A stretch of 64,000 nucleotides of DNA from NCBI GenBank assembly GCA_965223325.1, contig CBDCWI010000002.1, forward strand, positions 2,944,001-3,008,000, read 5' to 3'. How positions within the stretch are numbered: the first letter of the stretch is position 1; the number at the start of each line of letters is the position of its first letter. Shown one piece after another: positions 19,779 to 29,046 of this stretch. The notes under the pieces are model-generated. The model searched no databases. It was not told the DNA's origin and worked only from the letters and a program-made list of their open reading frames with translations. This DNA comes from Candidatus Multivoradales bacterium (lineage in GTDB: Bacteria; Acidobacteriota; Thermoanaerobaculia; Multivoradales; Multivoraceae). The translations under genes were made by a program, and so were the position numbers.

Positions 19779-20483
19779 TTATTCGCCTTCCGGTTCGGAG
19801 TCGGCGGTTTCGCTGGAAGGGGCCGCTTTCTCGAGCGGCATGGCCACGCGCACCATCGAAGGGCGCAGCAGGCGATCGTGCATTCGGAAACCGCTCTGCA
19901 TCTCCTGGAGGACCGTAGGTTCGGTGACCTCGGCAGTTTCCTCGCTGGCGACAGCTTCATGAACACCAGGGTCGAAGGGCTGGCCGTCGGCCTCGATGCG
20001 TTCGACGTTGTGGCGCTTGAGCAGGTCGAGTAGCTGACGGTGGATCATCTCGACGCCTTGCTTGAGGTCGTCGAGAGAACCATCAGCCCCGAGGGCCCGC
20101 TCCATATTGTCGACAACCGCGAGCACCTCGCGCAGCAAGTCGAAGCCTGCGTAGCGCTGGGCCTCGGCCTTCTCCTTTTCGCTGCGTCGCCGGAAGTTTT
20201 CGAGGTCGGCCAAAGCGCGTAGGGAGCGCTCGCGCAGCTCGACCATCTTGAGCTGCATCTCTCTGACGGTACTGTCGGTGGAATCGACGACCGACTCGAT
20301 CGACGGGCCACGATCCTTGGCTGCCGTCTGGACTGGCACATCGCCGTCGGCCTCGCCGGCATCACGACGCTCCATGGCCTCGACGGCCGCCATGGCCTCT
20401 TGCATGGCCTGGTCGGCGTCGTCGTCGACTTCGGCATCGAGGTCGAGTTCGAGGTCGTAGCCTTCTTCGTCTTCCGGAATCAT
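19779..20483 (-). CDS. grpE: Nucleotide exchange factor GrpE
   Basis: LRALADLENFRRR, VVDNMERAL, FDPGVHEA, RLLRPSMVRV; start taken at MIPEDEEG. Confidence 0.94.
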   Translation of the reverse strand: MIPEDEEGYDLELDLDAEVDDDADQAMQEAMAAVEAMERRDAGEADGDVPVQTAAKDRGPSIESVVDSTDSTVREMQLKMVELRERSLRALADLENFRRRSEKEKAEAQRYAGFDLLREVLAVVDNMERALGADGSLDDLKQGVEMIHRQLLDLLKRHNVERIEADGQPFDPGVHEAVASEETAEVTEPTVLQEMQSGFRMHDRLLRPSMVRVAMPLEKAAPSSETADSEPEGE

Positions 20484-20718
20484 CTGCGGGTTCTCTATGA
20501 GCAGCCGCACAAACCGAGGCAGGGTCGCGCCGAGTTGCGGGGTAGCGATCTCTTCAAGTGAATGGGAACGGGTAAGGGCCAGGACCGACGGCCGCGGGAA
20601 GTGTTCAGTCGGGGGTGGCCGGCTACCGGCCAGGATTGTTGGGAAGGTTGTGAGGTGCCAGAAACGTCGTCGGGGTTTCGAGACCCGTGCGGGATCTCTT
20701 GTTGATGGTCTGAAGTGT

Positions 20719-21759
20719 CTAGAGGGTCTTCGACAGGGCGTCGGAGAGGCGTTCGCCCAGGTAGTCGACCAGGGGAATGAGGCGTGGGTACTCCATGCGT
20801 GACGGCCCGAAGACACCGACACTACCTCTTGTTCCACCAGCTGAGCCGTACTGCTTGACGATCAGGGAGAAGTCGAGCGCTGAAGTGAGGTCGGATTCAT
20901 CGCCAATCCACACCCGAACCCCCTCGCCTTCAACGCACTGGCCGAGCATGCTGACCAGGCGCACTTTGTCGGTGAAGGTATCGAAGAGAGTCTGCACCCG
21001 GTGGAGGTCGGCGAGTTCGGGACGGTGGAGCAACGACTCTGTACCCTCGACGAGCACACCCGGTGAGGGGTCGTCGGGCAAGCCACGCTCGGCGAACTGC
21101 ACGGCCTTGCGAAGAAGCGTGTCCATACGCAGGCGCTCGTCCTCCATCAGTTGCACCAACCGTGCACGGATCTCCGTCAAGGTGAAGCCTTTGAAGTTAT
21201 CGTTCAGGTAGTTGGCAATCCGAATCAACTCCGCGCGCTCGATGGTCGACTCGCTTTCGATCACCTTGTTGTCGATGAAGCCGCCGGAGCTCTCGCATAC
21301 GCAGAGAACACGGGCACCCGAAAGCGGAACAAACTCGATGCGCTCGAGAACGGTGGTCGAGAAAGCCGGAGTGACAACGATCGCGATCTGATCGGAGAGC
21401 TCCTTGAGCAGATGCGACACCGCCGCCATGGCCTCGTCTCCCTGCTGGGCTCCATCGAGCGCATCGTGAATCTTCCTGCGATCGTTGATGGAAACGTTCT
21501 TTATCTCCATCAGCGACTGGATGAAGACGTGCCACCCGGCGGGCGTGGGAACCCGACCGGCCGAGGTGTGCGGCTGGGTGAGCAAGCCCAGGTCGTCGAG
21601 GTCCGCCATGCTGTTGCGGATGCTCGCTGGCGACAGATCCTGGCCCTCACGGCGCGCGACGGTGCGTGAAGACACAGGTTCTGCGGTGAGCAGATAGGTG
21701 TGGACCACCTCTCGCAGAATGTCTCGGTCACGAGCCGTGAGCTCGTCAGCGCCTTGCAC
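20719..21759 (-). CDS. hrcA: Heat-inducible transcription repressor HrcA
   Basis: EPVSSR, SPASIRNSMADL, QPHTSAGRVPT, GPSRMEY; GTG 21759 follows an SD-like GGAGAGG. Confidence 0.95.
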   Translation of the reverse strand: MQGADELTARDRDILREVVHTYLLTAEPVSSRTVARREGQDLSPASIRNSMADLDDLGLLTQPHTSAGRVPTPAGWHVFIQSLMEIKNVSINDRRKIHDALDGAQQGDEAMAAVSHLLKELSDQIAIVVTPAFSTTVLERIEFVPLSGARVLCVCESSGGFIDNKVIESESTIERAELIRIANYLNDNFKGFTLTEIRARLVQLMEDERLRMDTLLRKAVQFAERGLPDDPSPGVLVEGTESLLHRPELADLHRVQTLFDTFTDKVRLVSMLGQCVEGEGVRVWIGDESDLTSALDFSLIVKQYGSAGGTRGSVGVFGPSRMEYPRLIPLVDYLGERLSDALSKTL

Positions 21760-22074
21760 TTGCCGCCTCTCCCTGGATGTCACTACAGCGCATGATTTCA
21801 CTTCCGCGGACCGTTCGAAACGACGAATGAAGGGCCGCGGTGGCCCCCGGGGCCCTCGCTGGCCATCCTATTGTATCTCAGGAAACTGAGCCTCCGCGGC
21901 ACGAAATCCCACAAGTTCTGCATTCCCCTCGATTGGCCTCCAAGGGGCTCGTGGTAGACAATGGTGGTGCGCGGCCGGCGCCAAGACCCGACTCGAACGC
22001 CGTCGTGGCGGGCGGGTCCGCCTCCGATTCTCGGCCACGACACAAACTCTCGGATAAAAGACTTCTAGCTTTCC

Positions 22075-22103
22075 TTGCCTGCCTATCGACAGAGTGCTAT
22101 TCT
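22075..22103 (+). promoter_or_regulatory. Sigma70-type promoter for mglA
   Basis: TTGCCT-N17-TATTCT with TG of an extended -10, 55 nt upstream of the ATG. Confidence 0.55.
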
Positions 22104-22158
22104 TCCGCCTTCTCTGTGACGTGAGCCCCTTCACGTCTACCGGCCGGGGGTCCCCCTG

Positions 22159-23361
22159 ATGGTCTTCTTCAACTACAGCACGATGCAGATGGCGGCCAAG
22201 ATCGTCTACTACGGTCCTGGTCTGTGCGGTAAGACCACCAATCTGCAGCATGTCTACGGTCATACGAGTGGTGACTCACGAGGGGAGATGGTGTCGCTCG
22301 AGACCGAAACAGATCGCACTCTGTTCTTCGACCTCCTACCCATCGATGTTGGCCGCATCGCAGGCTTCAAGACTCGCATTCAGCTGTATACCGTTCCCGG
22401 CCAGGTCTTCTACAACACCACCCGCAAACTGGTGCTCAAGGGCGTCGACGGCGTGGTGTTTGTCGCTGACTCCCAGCGCCCGATGGTGCAGGCGAACATC
22501 GAGTCGCTCAACAATCTCGGTGAGAACCTGGCCGAGATCGGTCTCAAGCTGAACGAGGTGCCGCTCGTACTGCAGTACAACAAGCGCGATCTCACCGACA
22601 TCTGCACCGTCGAAGAGATGAACCAGTCGTTGAACCACCACAACTGGCCGTTCTTCGAAGCCTCGGCGATCACCGGCGAGGGCGTCTTCGAGACCCTCAA
22701 GGGGATCTCCAAAATGACCCTCCTGCACATCAAGAAGAAGATGCAGAAGGGTGACGGTGGTGGCGTCGCAGCCACGGGTGCGGGCGTTGCAGCACCCGCT
22801 GCCAGCCAGCCGGCCGCTGCGAAGGCCAGCCCGCCGGCCACTCCAGCGGCTCCCAGGCCCGCGGCGACCACGCCGCCGCCCGCTGCCGCGGCACCGCCGC
22901 CCGCTGCCGCAGCACCAGCGCAGGCCGCCGCTGCTCAGGCAGCCGCTGCCCAACCGATCGCTGCCCCGCCGGAACCGTCGCCGTTGCCCCCGCAGGCGCC
23001 GGCGCCCCAACCGGTCGCGACACCGCAGGCAGCAACGGCGACCCAGACCGAAGCGCCCCCGCGCCGTCAGGTCGACATTCTCGCCGAGCTCGAGAAGATC
23101 CGTCGTCAGGCGACCGCTCAGTCGGGCGGCCAGGCGGAGCTGCCCACCACCAATGGGAAAGGCGAGCTCACCCGCGACATCGAGCGCCGCCTCGGTCGCT
23201 CGCAATTCTCGCGCGCCCATACGGTCAAGTTGGTCATGCAGATCGAGGACGACAACAACGAGATCCTCGACGCCTTCAAAGACCAGGTCATCGTGCACCG
23301 CCCTGAAGACCTCGAGCGTCTACTGCTCAACTTGAACATCAAGTTCGAAGTCGGCGACTGA
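22159..23361 (+). CDS. mglA: MglA-family small GTPase with Pro/Ala linker and extra C-terminal domain
   Basis: KIVYYGPGLCGKTTNL, TETDRTLFFD, LYTVPGQVFY, GVDGVVFVADS, QYNKRDL are diagnostic MglA motifs. Confidence 0.9.
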   Translation: MVFFNYSTMQMAAKIVYYGPGLCGKTTNLQHVYGHTSGDSRGEMVSLETETDRTLFFDLLPIDVGRIAGFKTRIQLYTVPGQVFYNTTRKLVLKGVDGVVFVADSQRPMVQANIESLNNLGENLAEIGLKLNEVPLVLQYNKRDLTDICTVEEMNQSLNHHNWPFFEASAITGEGVFETLKGISKMTLLHIKKKMQKGDGGGVAATGAGVAAPAASQPAAAKASPPATPAAPRPAATTPPPAAAAPPPAAAAPAQAAAAQAAAAQPIAAPPEPSPLPPQAPAPQPVATPQAATATQTEAPPRRQVDILAELEKIRRQATAQSGGQAELPTTNGKGELTRDIERRLGRSQFSRAHTVKLVMQIEDDNNEILDAFKDQVIVHRPEDLERLLLNLNIKFEVGD

Positions 23362-23594
23362 GACCGCTCGCAGACCTCGCCAGGGGTACGAAGCGGGTAT
23401 CCCCTCGCACCGGCCAGCAAGACAGGCCCGGCTCCTCCTCTCGCTACATTGAGGGCCACGCCCGACCGGTCTACTCTGGCCGGTGACTGAACCGATCGAG
23501 CGCGGTTGAAACCCCGCTCGGCAGCGGTCCCGCACCACCAGGGCCCAGGGACCTGGGCACGCTCTCTTCGCCCCCTTCTCCGGTCGACCTACCC

Positions 23595-23622
23595 TTCAAA
23601 AACTGGTATTTCCTGCTAAAGT
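23595..23622 (+). promoter_or_regulatory. Putative promoter of the glycan cassette
   Basis: TTCAAA-N16-TAAAGT preceded by TG (extended -10) in an AT-rich patch. Confidence 0.4.
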
Positions 23623-23789
23623 CCGATTCAGAAGGCGAACCTGCCGGTTCGCTCTTCCGCAGCAATCCCATCCCGCCTTGGGGCATTCCTTCGCCCCCTG
23701 TAAGCCCCGCCTTCGCGCCTCGCACCGACGGCCACCTCTCGGACCTTCTTCGCAGTGGCGCGCCGGTCTCTCTCACCGAGACTCCTGCC

Positions 23790-24737
23790 ATGACGACCAG
23801 CGCTCTCGCGCCACCCCCTCCCAATGCAGTCAGTGAAACGCCGGAGGCGGCCTTCGACGTCACCCACGACCGCGTTCTGCCGGCGCAGGTGAGCATCATC
23901 ATTCCGGCCTTCAACGAAGCCGAAGGGATACGGGCGGTCATCGTGTCCATTCTCGAAACGCTACCGAAGGCCGAGGTCCTGGTTGTCGACGACGGGTCGA
24001 CGGATGGAACTGCCGAGATCGCGCGTGCGGCAGGCGCGCGTGTCCTGCGACATCGCAGCAACAAGGGCTACGGCGCCAGCCTGCGAACCGCCGTTCGCAA
24101 GAGCAAACGCGAGTGGGTTCTGTGCTGCGACGCCGACGGCCAGCACACCGTCGACGACGTCGCTCGGGTGATCGAGGCGGGCGGCGGCTACGACATGGTC
24201 GTCGGCGCCCGAGGCAAGGACAGCCACGCCCCCTGGTTGAGGAGACCCGGGAAATGGGTGCTGCGCAGCTTCGCCAACTACCTCGCCGGCGAGAAGATCC
24301 CGGACCTCAACTCGGGGCTCCGCATGATGAAGCGATCGATCATCAAGCGCTACCTCCACCTGATGCCAACCGGTTTCTCCTTCTCGACGACCAGCACCTT
24401 CGCTTTCCTCAAGACTCAGCGCGAAGTCCGGTGGATTCCCATCAAGGTCCAAAAGCGCGTCGGCACCAGTACGGTGCGGCAGCTGAAGCATGGGCCTCAG
24501 ACTCTCCTCCTGATCCTGAGAATCACCGTCCTGTTCGAACCCCTCAAGGTGTTTCTCACCACCGCTGCGGCACTCGCCGCGGCAGCCGCAGCCATGCTCG
24601 CTGCCGACCTGGTGGTTTCGCAAGGCACGGGCGTCGGCAACACGACGGTGCTCCTGGGTGTTTCGGCACTGCTCGTATTCATGTTCGGCCTGCTGTGCGA
24701 CCAAGTCTCCGCTGTGCGGCGCGAGAAGCACGAATGA
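23790..24737 (+). CDS. GT2 glycosyltransferase, polyprenol-phosphate (DPM/GtrB/ArnC-like) type with two C-terminal TM helices
   Basis: SIIIPAFNE, VVDDGSTDGT, NKGYG, DADGQH, DLNSG, R.G.S; hydrophobic C-terminus. Confidence 0.9.
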   Translation: MTTSALAPPPPNAVSETPEAAFDVTHDRVLPAQVSIIIPAFNEAEGIRAVIVSILETLPKAEVLVVDDGSTDGTAEIARAAGARVLRHRSNKGYGASLRTAVRKSKREWVLCCDADGQHTVDDVARVIEAGGGYDMVVGARGKDSHAPWLRRPGKWVLRSFANYLAGEKIPDLNSGLRMMKRSIIKRYLHLMPTGFSFSTTSTFAFLKTQREVRWIPIKVQKRVGTSTVRQLKHGPQTLLLILRITVLFEPLKVFLTTAAALAAAAAAMLAADLVVSQGTGVGNTTVLLGVSALLVFMFGLLCDQVSAVRREKHE

Positions 24738-25696
24738 CAGCCCGAACAGCCACCTGCCCGGTTTGCGGAAGGACCAACTGTCGCCGGCGATTCACCCGAT
24801 CGGGCTACGAGATCTTCCGCTGCGCAGCGTGCAGGCACTCCTTTGTGCATCCGGTCCCCTCACCGGAAGAACTGCGATCCATCTACGACCGCTCGTACTT
24901 CGAGCGCGGCGACAAGTACCGCGCCCGAGCAGGAAGCGAAGACCCCAACGCAGCCAACGACCGTCGCAAGCTGGAGCTGATCGCCGCCGAACGCGAGATC
25001 GTTGGCAGGACCGAACACGACGACGAAGAGCCCCGGCTCCTCGACGTCGGCTGTGCCCGCGGTGGCTTTCTCGGACGCGCGCGCGAGCGCGGCTTCGCTG
25101 TTGAAGGCGTCGAGCTGTCCCAGACAGCCGCGGATCATGCTCGCAAGGAGCTGAAGCTGGACGTGTCGGTAGGAACTCTCTTCGACGCTCAGTTCGAGTC
25201 GCAGTCCTTCGACGTCGTCACCATGTGGGACGTCATCGAGCATCTCGACGACCCCGCCGCCTGCATCGAAGAAGTCCGGCGCATCTTGCGCCCCGGCGGC
25301 ATTGTCGCACTCAGCACTGGCGACGCCTCAGCACTCGCTGCCAAGCTCATGGGCAGGCGTTGGCACCTGCTAACTCCCCCCCAGCACCTGTGGTACTTCG
25401 AGCGCCGCGGACTCGAACAGCTTCTCGTCGACCAGGGGTTCCGCGTCGTTCGAACGCGATCGCTACCAAAGCACGTCCGCTTGGGGTTCGTTCTCTTTAA
25501 ATCGGGGGAGACGTTCTTCCCACCGGCCCGCTACCTCGCTAGCCTGGCGAGGAGAATCGGAGTCGACGGTCTCAACCTACGCATCAACCTCTTCGACATC
25601 ATGACCGTAGTCGCCGTGCGCGGCGACGCTGTCGTCACACCGACAGCTGTTGAAGAAGAAGCTGTGACCACGGTCGCACTCGCGGAGGTCGGCTGA
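24734..25696 (+). CDS. Class I SAM-dependent methyltransferase with N-terminal Zn ribbon
   Basis: ATGA overlap with GT2; CPVC...CAAC, LLDVGCARG, FDVVTMWDVIEH, LRPGG, PPQHLWYF. Confidence 0.9.
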   Translation: MTARTATCPVCGRTNCRRRFTRSGYEIFRCAACRHSFVHPVPSPEELRSIYDRSYFERGDKYRARAGSEDPNAANDRRKLELIAAEREIVGRTEHDDEEPRLLDVGCARGGFLGRARERGFAVEGVELSQTAADHARKELKLDVSVGTLFDAQFESQSFDVVTMWDVIEHLDDPAACIEEVRRILRPGGIVALSTGDASALAAKLMGRRWHLLTPPQHLWYFERRGLEQLLVDQGFRVVRTRSLPKHVRLGFVLFKSGETFFPPARYLASLARRIGVDGLNLRINLFDIMTVVAVRGDAVVTPTAVEEEAVTTVALAEVG

Positions 25697-25697
25697 C

Positions 25698-27779
25698 ATG
25701 TGCGGCGTGTTCGGCCTCGTCCTGCACGAGGCCACGCGCAATCCCGAAGTGGCCTCGCAACTGATGCGCTCGCTCTTCGTGGTTTCGGAGTCGCGAGGCA
25801 AAGAGGCCTCCGGACTGGCGACGCTCTCCGACCACACCATTCACATAGCGCGCGAGGCTCGACCGGCTTCCTGGCTGGTCAACGCGCCTTTGTATCGCGA
25901 AATGGTCGCTCAGGTGTTGAACGGCGACGCTAAGAGCAGCACCAGAACGAACGGCGATGGAACCCTTCGACTCCTCATGGGCCACACCCGCCTGGTGACC
26001 AACGGTTCGGCGGCACGAGACGCGAACAACCAGCCGGTGTTTTCAGGCCGGACTGTCGGAGTTCACAACGGGATCATCGTCAACGCCGACGAGCTCGCGC
26101 ACCGGCACCAACTCAAAAGGGGAGGAGAACTGGACAGCGAGGTTCTCTTCGGACTTTTGGATCGCGAACTCGAAGCTGGGGCTTCGATCGAAGAGGCAAG
26201 CCGCAGGACCTTTGCGTCGATCGACGGCGCGGCAACGATCGCGGCCGTCTTCTCGCACCTCGATTGCCTGCTTCTGGCGACGAACAACGGTTCCCTCTAC
26301 GCAGCCGACGCCAACGAGACCTCGCCGGTGCGGCTCGTGTTTGCCTCCGAAAGGCAGCTCCTGTCGCACGCACTGGAGCGATGCGGTCAGCGAGACCTCG
26401 AGCAAAGGATTCGTCACGTGAGAGCGGGCCGAGCGCTCGTCGTCGATCGACTGGAACTGCGTGAGTTCGATCTCGCACCTTCGCTCGGTCCAACTTCCGA
26501 CCCCCAACTCGAGACAGTAGGCCTGGCGCCGCCGCGGGAGGTTGTCAACGCAACCGCCACGCCCACTGCTCCAATGGTGGCGCTACCGGAGCCAAAAAGG
26601 CTTTCCGATGCCGAAATCGAGCGCCTGGCTGAGACTCTGGCGGCCCGACGAGGAACGCCCAAGCTCACACGATGTACCTGTTGCATCCTTCCGCACACGA
26701 TGCCGTTCATCGAGTTCGATGAGGACGGCTTGTGCAACTTCTGTCGCCAGTACATTCCGATTGAGGTGAAGGGGCGTAGCGCTCTCGAGGAGGCCATCGC
26801 CGCACAATGCGATGGCCCAACTCCACTGCAAGGGCACACGGCCGGTCGCCCTCGGTGCCTGGTGGGAGCGAGCGGAGGTCGCGACAGTTCCTATGCGCTT
26901 CACTACGCGAAGCAGGAACTCGGGCTCGACGTCGTTGCATACACCTACGACTGGGGAATGGTGACCGATCTCGCGAGACGCAACGTCTCCCGCCTCTGCG
27001 GTCGTCTCGGAATCGAACACATCCTCGTCTCAGCAGACATCGCCGCCAAGCGACAGAACATCAAGCGCAATCTCGAAGCCTGGCTGCATCGGCCACGCCT
27101 CGGCCTCATCCCCCTCTTCATGGCGGGCGACAAGCAGTACTTCTTCCACGCCCAGCGTCTCAAGAAGCAGGTCGGTACAGAGCTCGTGATTCTGGGCGAG
27201 AACATGCTCGAACGAACGAATTTCAAGACTGGCTTCGCCGGTGTCCCACCAGCCCTGGGAGACCGTGACCACGTCTACACCCTGCCTGGGTTCTCCAAAG
27301 CTCGCCTCGCCACCTGGTATGGCGCGGAGTATGTCAAGAACCCGCGGCTAATCAACCGATCGCTGCTCGACACCGCCTTCGCCTTCGGCTGCTATTACCT
27401 GATCGATCGCTCATACCTGAACCTCTTTGGCTACGTGCCCTGGAACGAAGAGACGGTCATCTCGACGATTCGTGATGAGTACGACTGGGAAGGCGCCGAC
27501 GACACGACCTCGACCTGGCGCATCGGCGACGGAACCTCGGCGTTCTACAACATGGTCTATTGGACTCTCGCCGGGTTCACCGAACACGACACATTTCGCA
27601 GCAACCAGATTCGTGAGGGGCAGCTCGACCGAACCGCAGCTCTGGCCCTGGTCGCCGAAGAGAACCTCCCCCGACTGCGCACCATCGAGGACTACCTCCA
27701 TACGGTGGGTACCGGGGTACCGCTTGGCGAGGTGACCGAAATCGTCGCACAGCTACCGCGACGCTATGAAGCGGCCTAG
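25698..27779 (+). CDS. Fusion of class II glutamine amidotransferase and PP-loop sugar amidotransferase (WbpG/PseA-like)
   Basis: MCGVFG (Cys2), GHTR..TNG, NNQP, HNGII, DSE; then CTCC...CNFC and SGGRDSS. Confidence 0.82.
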   Translation: MCGVFGLVLHEATRNPEVASQLMRSLFVVSESRGKEASGLATLSDHTIHIAREARPASWLVNAPLYREMVAQVLNGDAKSSTRTNGDGTLRLLMGHTRLVTNGSAARDANNQPVFSGRTVGVHNGIIVNADELAHRHQLKRGGELDSEVLFGLLDRELEAGASIEEASRRTFASIDGAATIAAVFSHLDCLLLATNNGSLYAADANETSPVRLVFASERQLLSHALERCGQRDLEQRIRHVRAGRALVVDRLELREFDLAPSLGPTSDPQLETVGLAPPREVVNATATPTAPMVALPEPKRLSDAEIERLAETLAARRGTPKLTRCTCCILPHTMPFIEFDEDGLCNFCRQYIPIEVKGRSALEEAIAAQCDGPTPLQGHTAGRPRCLVGASGGRDSSYALHYAKQELGLDVVAYTYDWGMVTDLARRNVSRLCGRLGIEHILVSADIAAKRQNIKRNLEAWLHRPRLGLIPLFMAGDKQYFFHAQRLKKQVGTELVILGENMLERTNFKTGFAGVPPALGDRDHVYTLPGFSKARLATWYGAEYVKNPRLINRSLLDTAFAFGCYYLIDRSYLNLFGYVPWNEETVISTIRDEYDWEGADDTTSTWRIGDGTSAFYNMVYWTLAGFTEHDTFRSNQIREGQLDRTAALALVAEENLPRLRTIEDYLHTVGTGVPLGEVTEIVAQLPRRYEAA

Positions 27780-27782
27780 AGC

Positions 27783-29036
27783 ATGGTTGACCGACGTCGC
27801 TTCAGGCGAGACCTGATCTGGAACCTCGGCAGCACCGTGATCTTCGGCGCCGTCGGGATCATCCTCCACCTCCTGGTAGGCCGCTATTACGGCGCTGCCA
27901 CTCTGGGCACCTTCAGCCAGGTGGTTGCTGTCTACCTCGTCCTTTCTCAGATCTGCGTTGCCGGACTGGTCTTCTCGACCATGCACCACAGCAATGCCCT
28001 TCGAGAGGGCGACCCAGAGCTCGGTCGCTCGATCGGCTCCGGCCTTCTCCTGACGGTTGGGCAGACCCTTATTGTCTGTCTACTGGCATGGATCTTCATC
28101 CCAAGCATTGGGCGCTTCTTCGACAGCCCCGACACCGCGCGTGGTCTGGTCGTCGTGCTTCCGGGCCTCGTGTGCCTGACCCTCAACAAGTACGCGTTCT
28201 TCACCATCTCGGGACTAGGCCACCTGCGCGCCCACGCCATCGCCCAGAGTGCGCGCTGGCTACTCTTGCTCGCCGCCCTTATCGCGCTGGTGGCAATACG
28301 AGTCGACGGAGCCCTGCTGCCACTGATCTTCTCGATCGAAGAGGCCCTGCTGCTCATTCCCCTCCTCGCCTACCTGTACCGGATCGCACCGTTCCGCCTC
28401 ACGCGCGACTGGATCAGCCGCCACCTGCGCTTCTCGTTGCGAACCTCGTTGAGCGCGGTATTGGTCGACGCCAACAGTCGCGTCGACGTCATTGTGCTTG
28501 GCTACTTTGCCTCCGACACGATCGTTGGCATCTACGGGTTCGCGGCGATGTTGGCGGAGGGAGTCATTCACGTCGCTACCGTGGTGCAGACCAACATCAC
28601 TCCGATCCTCGGTCGACTCCGGACCGAAGGGCGCCGCGAAGACATTCGTGACCTGGTCGCCGGCAACATCAAGCGACTCTGTCCAACAGCCGCCGGTCTC
28701 GCCGTCCTGGGGACAATGGTCTTCGGGTGGTTCGCCGAGACCCTCACTGGAACCGGAGTCTTCAGCGAAGGCACGATCTACTTTGCAGTCCTCGCAACCG
28801 GCATGGTCCTGGCGAGCTCCTACTATCCCTTCCACTACGTCCTCAACCAGTGGGGCTATCCCACCTGGTTCATGGTCTTCAACGGCCTCATCGTTGCAAC
28901 CAACGTCGTTCTCAACTTCATCCTGATTCCGCGCCTCGGAGCCCTGGGAGCGGCCTTCGCCACTGCACTCTCGTGGACGCTCTCGATCGCCTACCTCAAG
29001 ACTCTGACGCGCGCCGCCTCGGGCGTCGCGATCTGA
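27783..29036 (+). CDS. Wzx/MOP-family oligosaccharide flippase
   Basis: About 12 TM helices, RVDVIVLG...VGIY, NVVLNFILIP.LGALGAA. Confidence 0.88.
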   Translation: MVDRRRFRRDLIWNLGSTVIFGAVGIILHLLVGRYYGAATLGTFSQVVAVYLVLSQICVAGLVFSTMHHSNALREGDPELGRSIGSGLLLTVGQTLIVCLLAWIFIPSIGRFFDSPDTARGLVVVLPGLVCLTLNKYAFFTISGLGHLRAHAIAQSARWLLLLAALIALVAIRVDGALLPLIFSIEEALLLIPLLAYLYRIAPFRLTRDWISRHLRFSLRTSLSAVLVDANSRVDVIVLGYFASDTIVGIYGFAAMLAEGVIHVATVVQTNITPILGRLRTEGRREDIRDLVAGNIKRLCPTAAGLAVLGTMVFGWFAETLTGTGVFSEGTIYFAVLATGMVLASSYYPFHYVLNQWGYPTWFMVFNGLIVATNVVLNFILIPRLGALGAAFATALSWTLSIAYLKTLTRAASGVAI

Positions 29037-29046
29037 GGTCCGGACG

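Noticed and set aside
22074-22100. Full CIRCE operator upstream of hrcA
   Set aside because: Only one half (GAGTGCTAT) matches; the other half matches 4/9, and the site is explained by the mglA promoter.
22770-23060. DNA repeat or mobile insert within mglA
   Set aside because: The repetitiveness is explained by Pro/Ala codons of an in-frame linker.
24113-24733. Long N-terminal extension of the methyltransferase ORF
   Set aside because: Overlaps the GT2 gene out of frame; the ATGA-coupled start at 24734 is more plausible.
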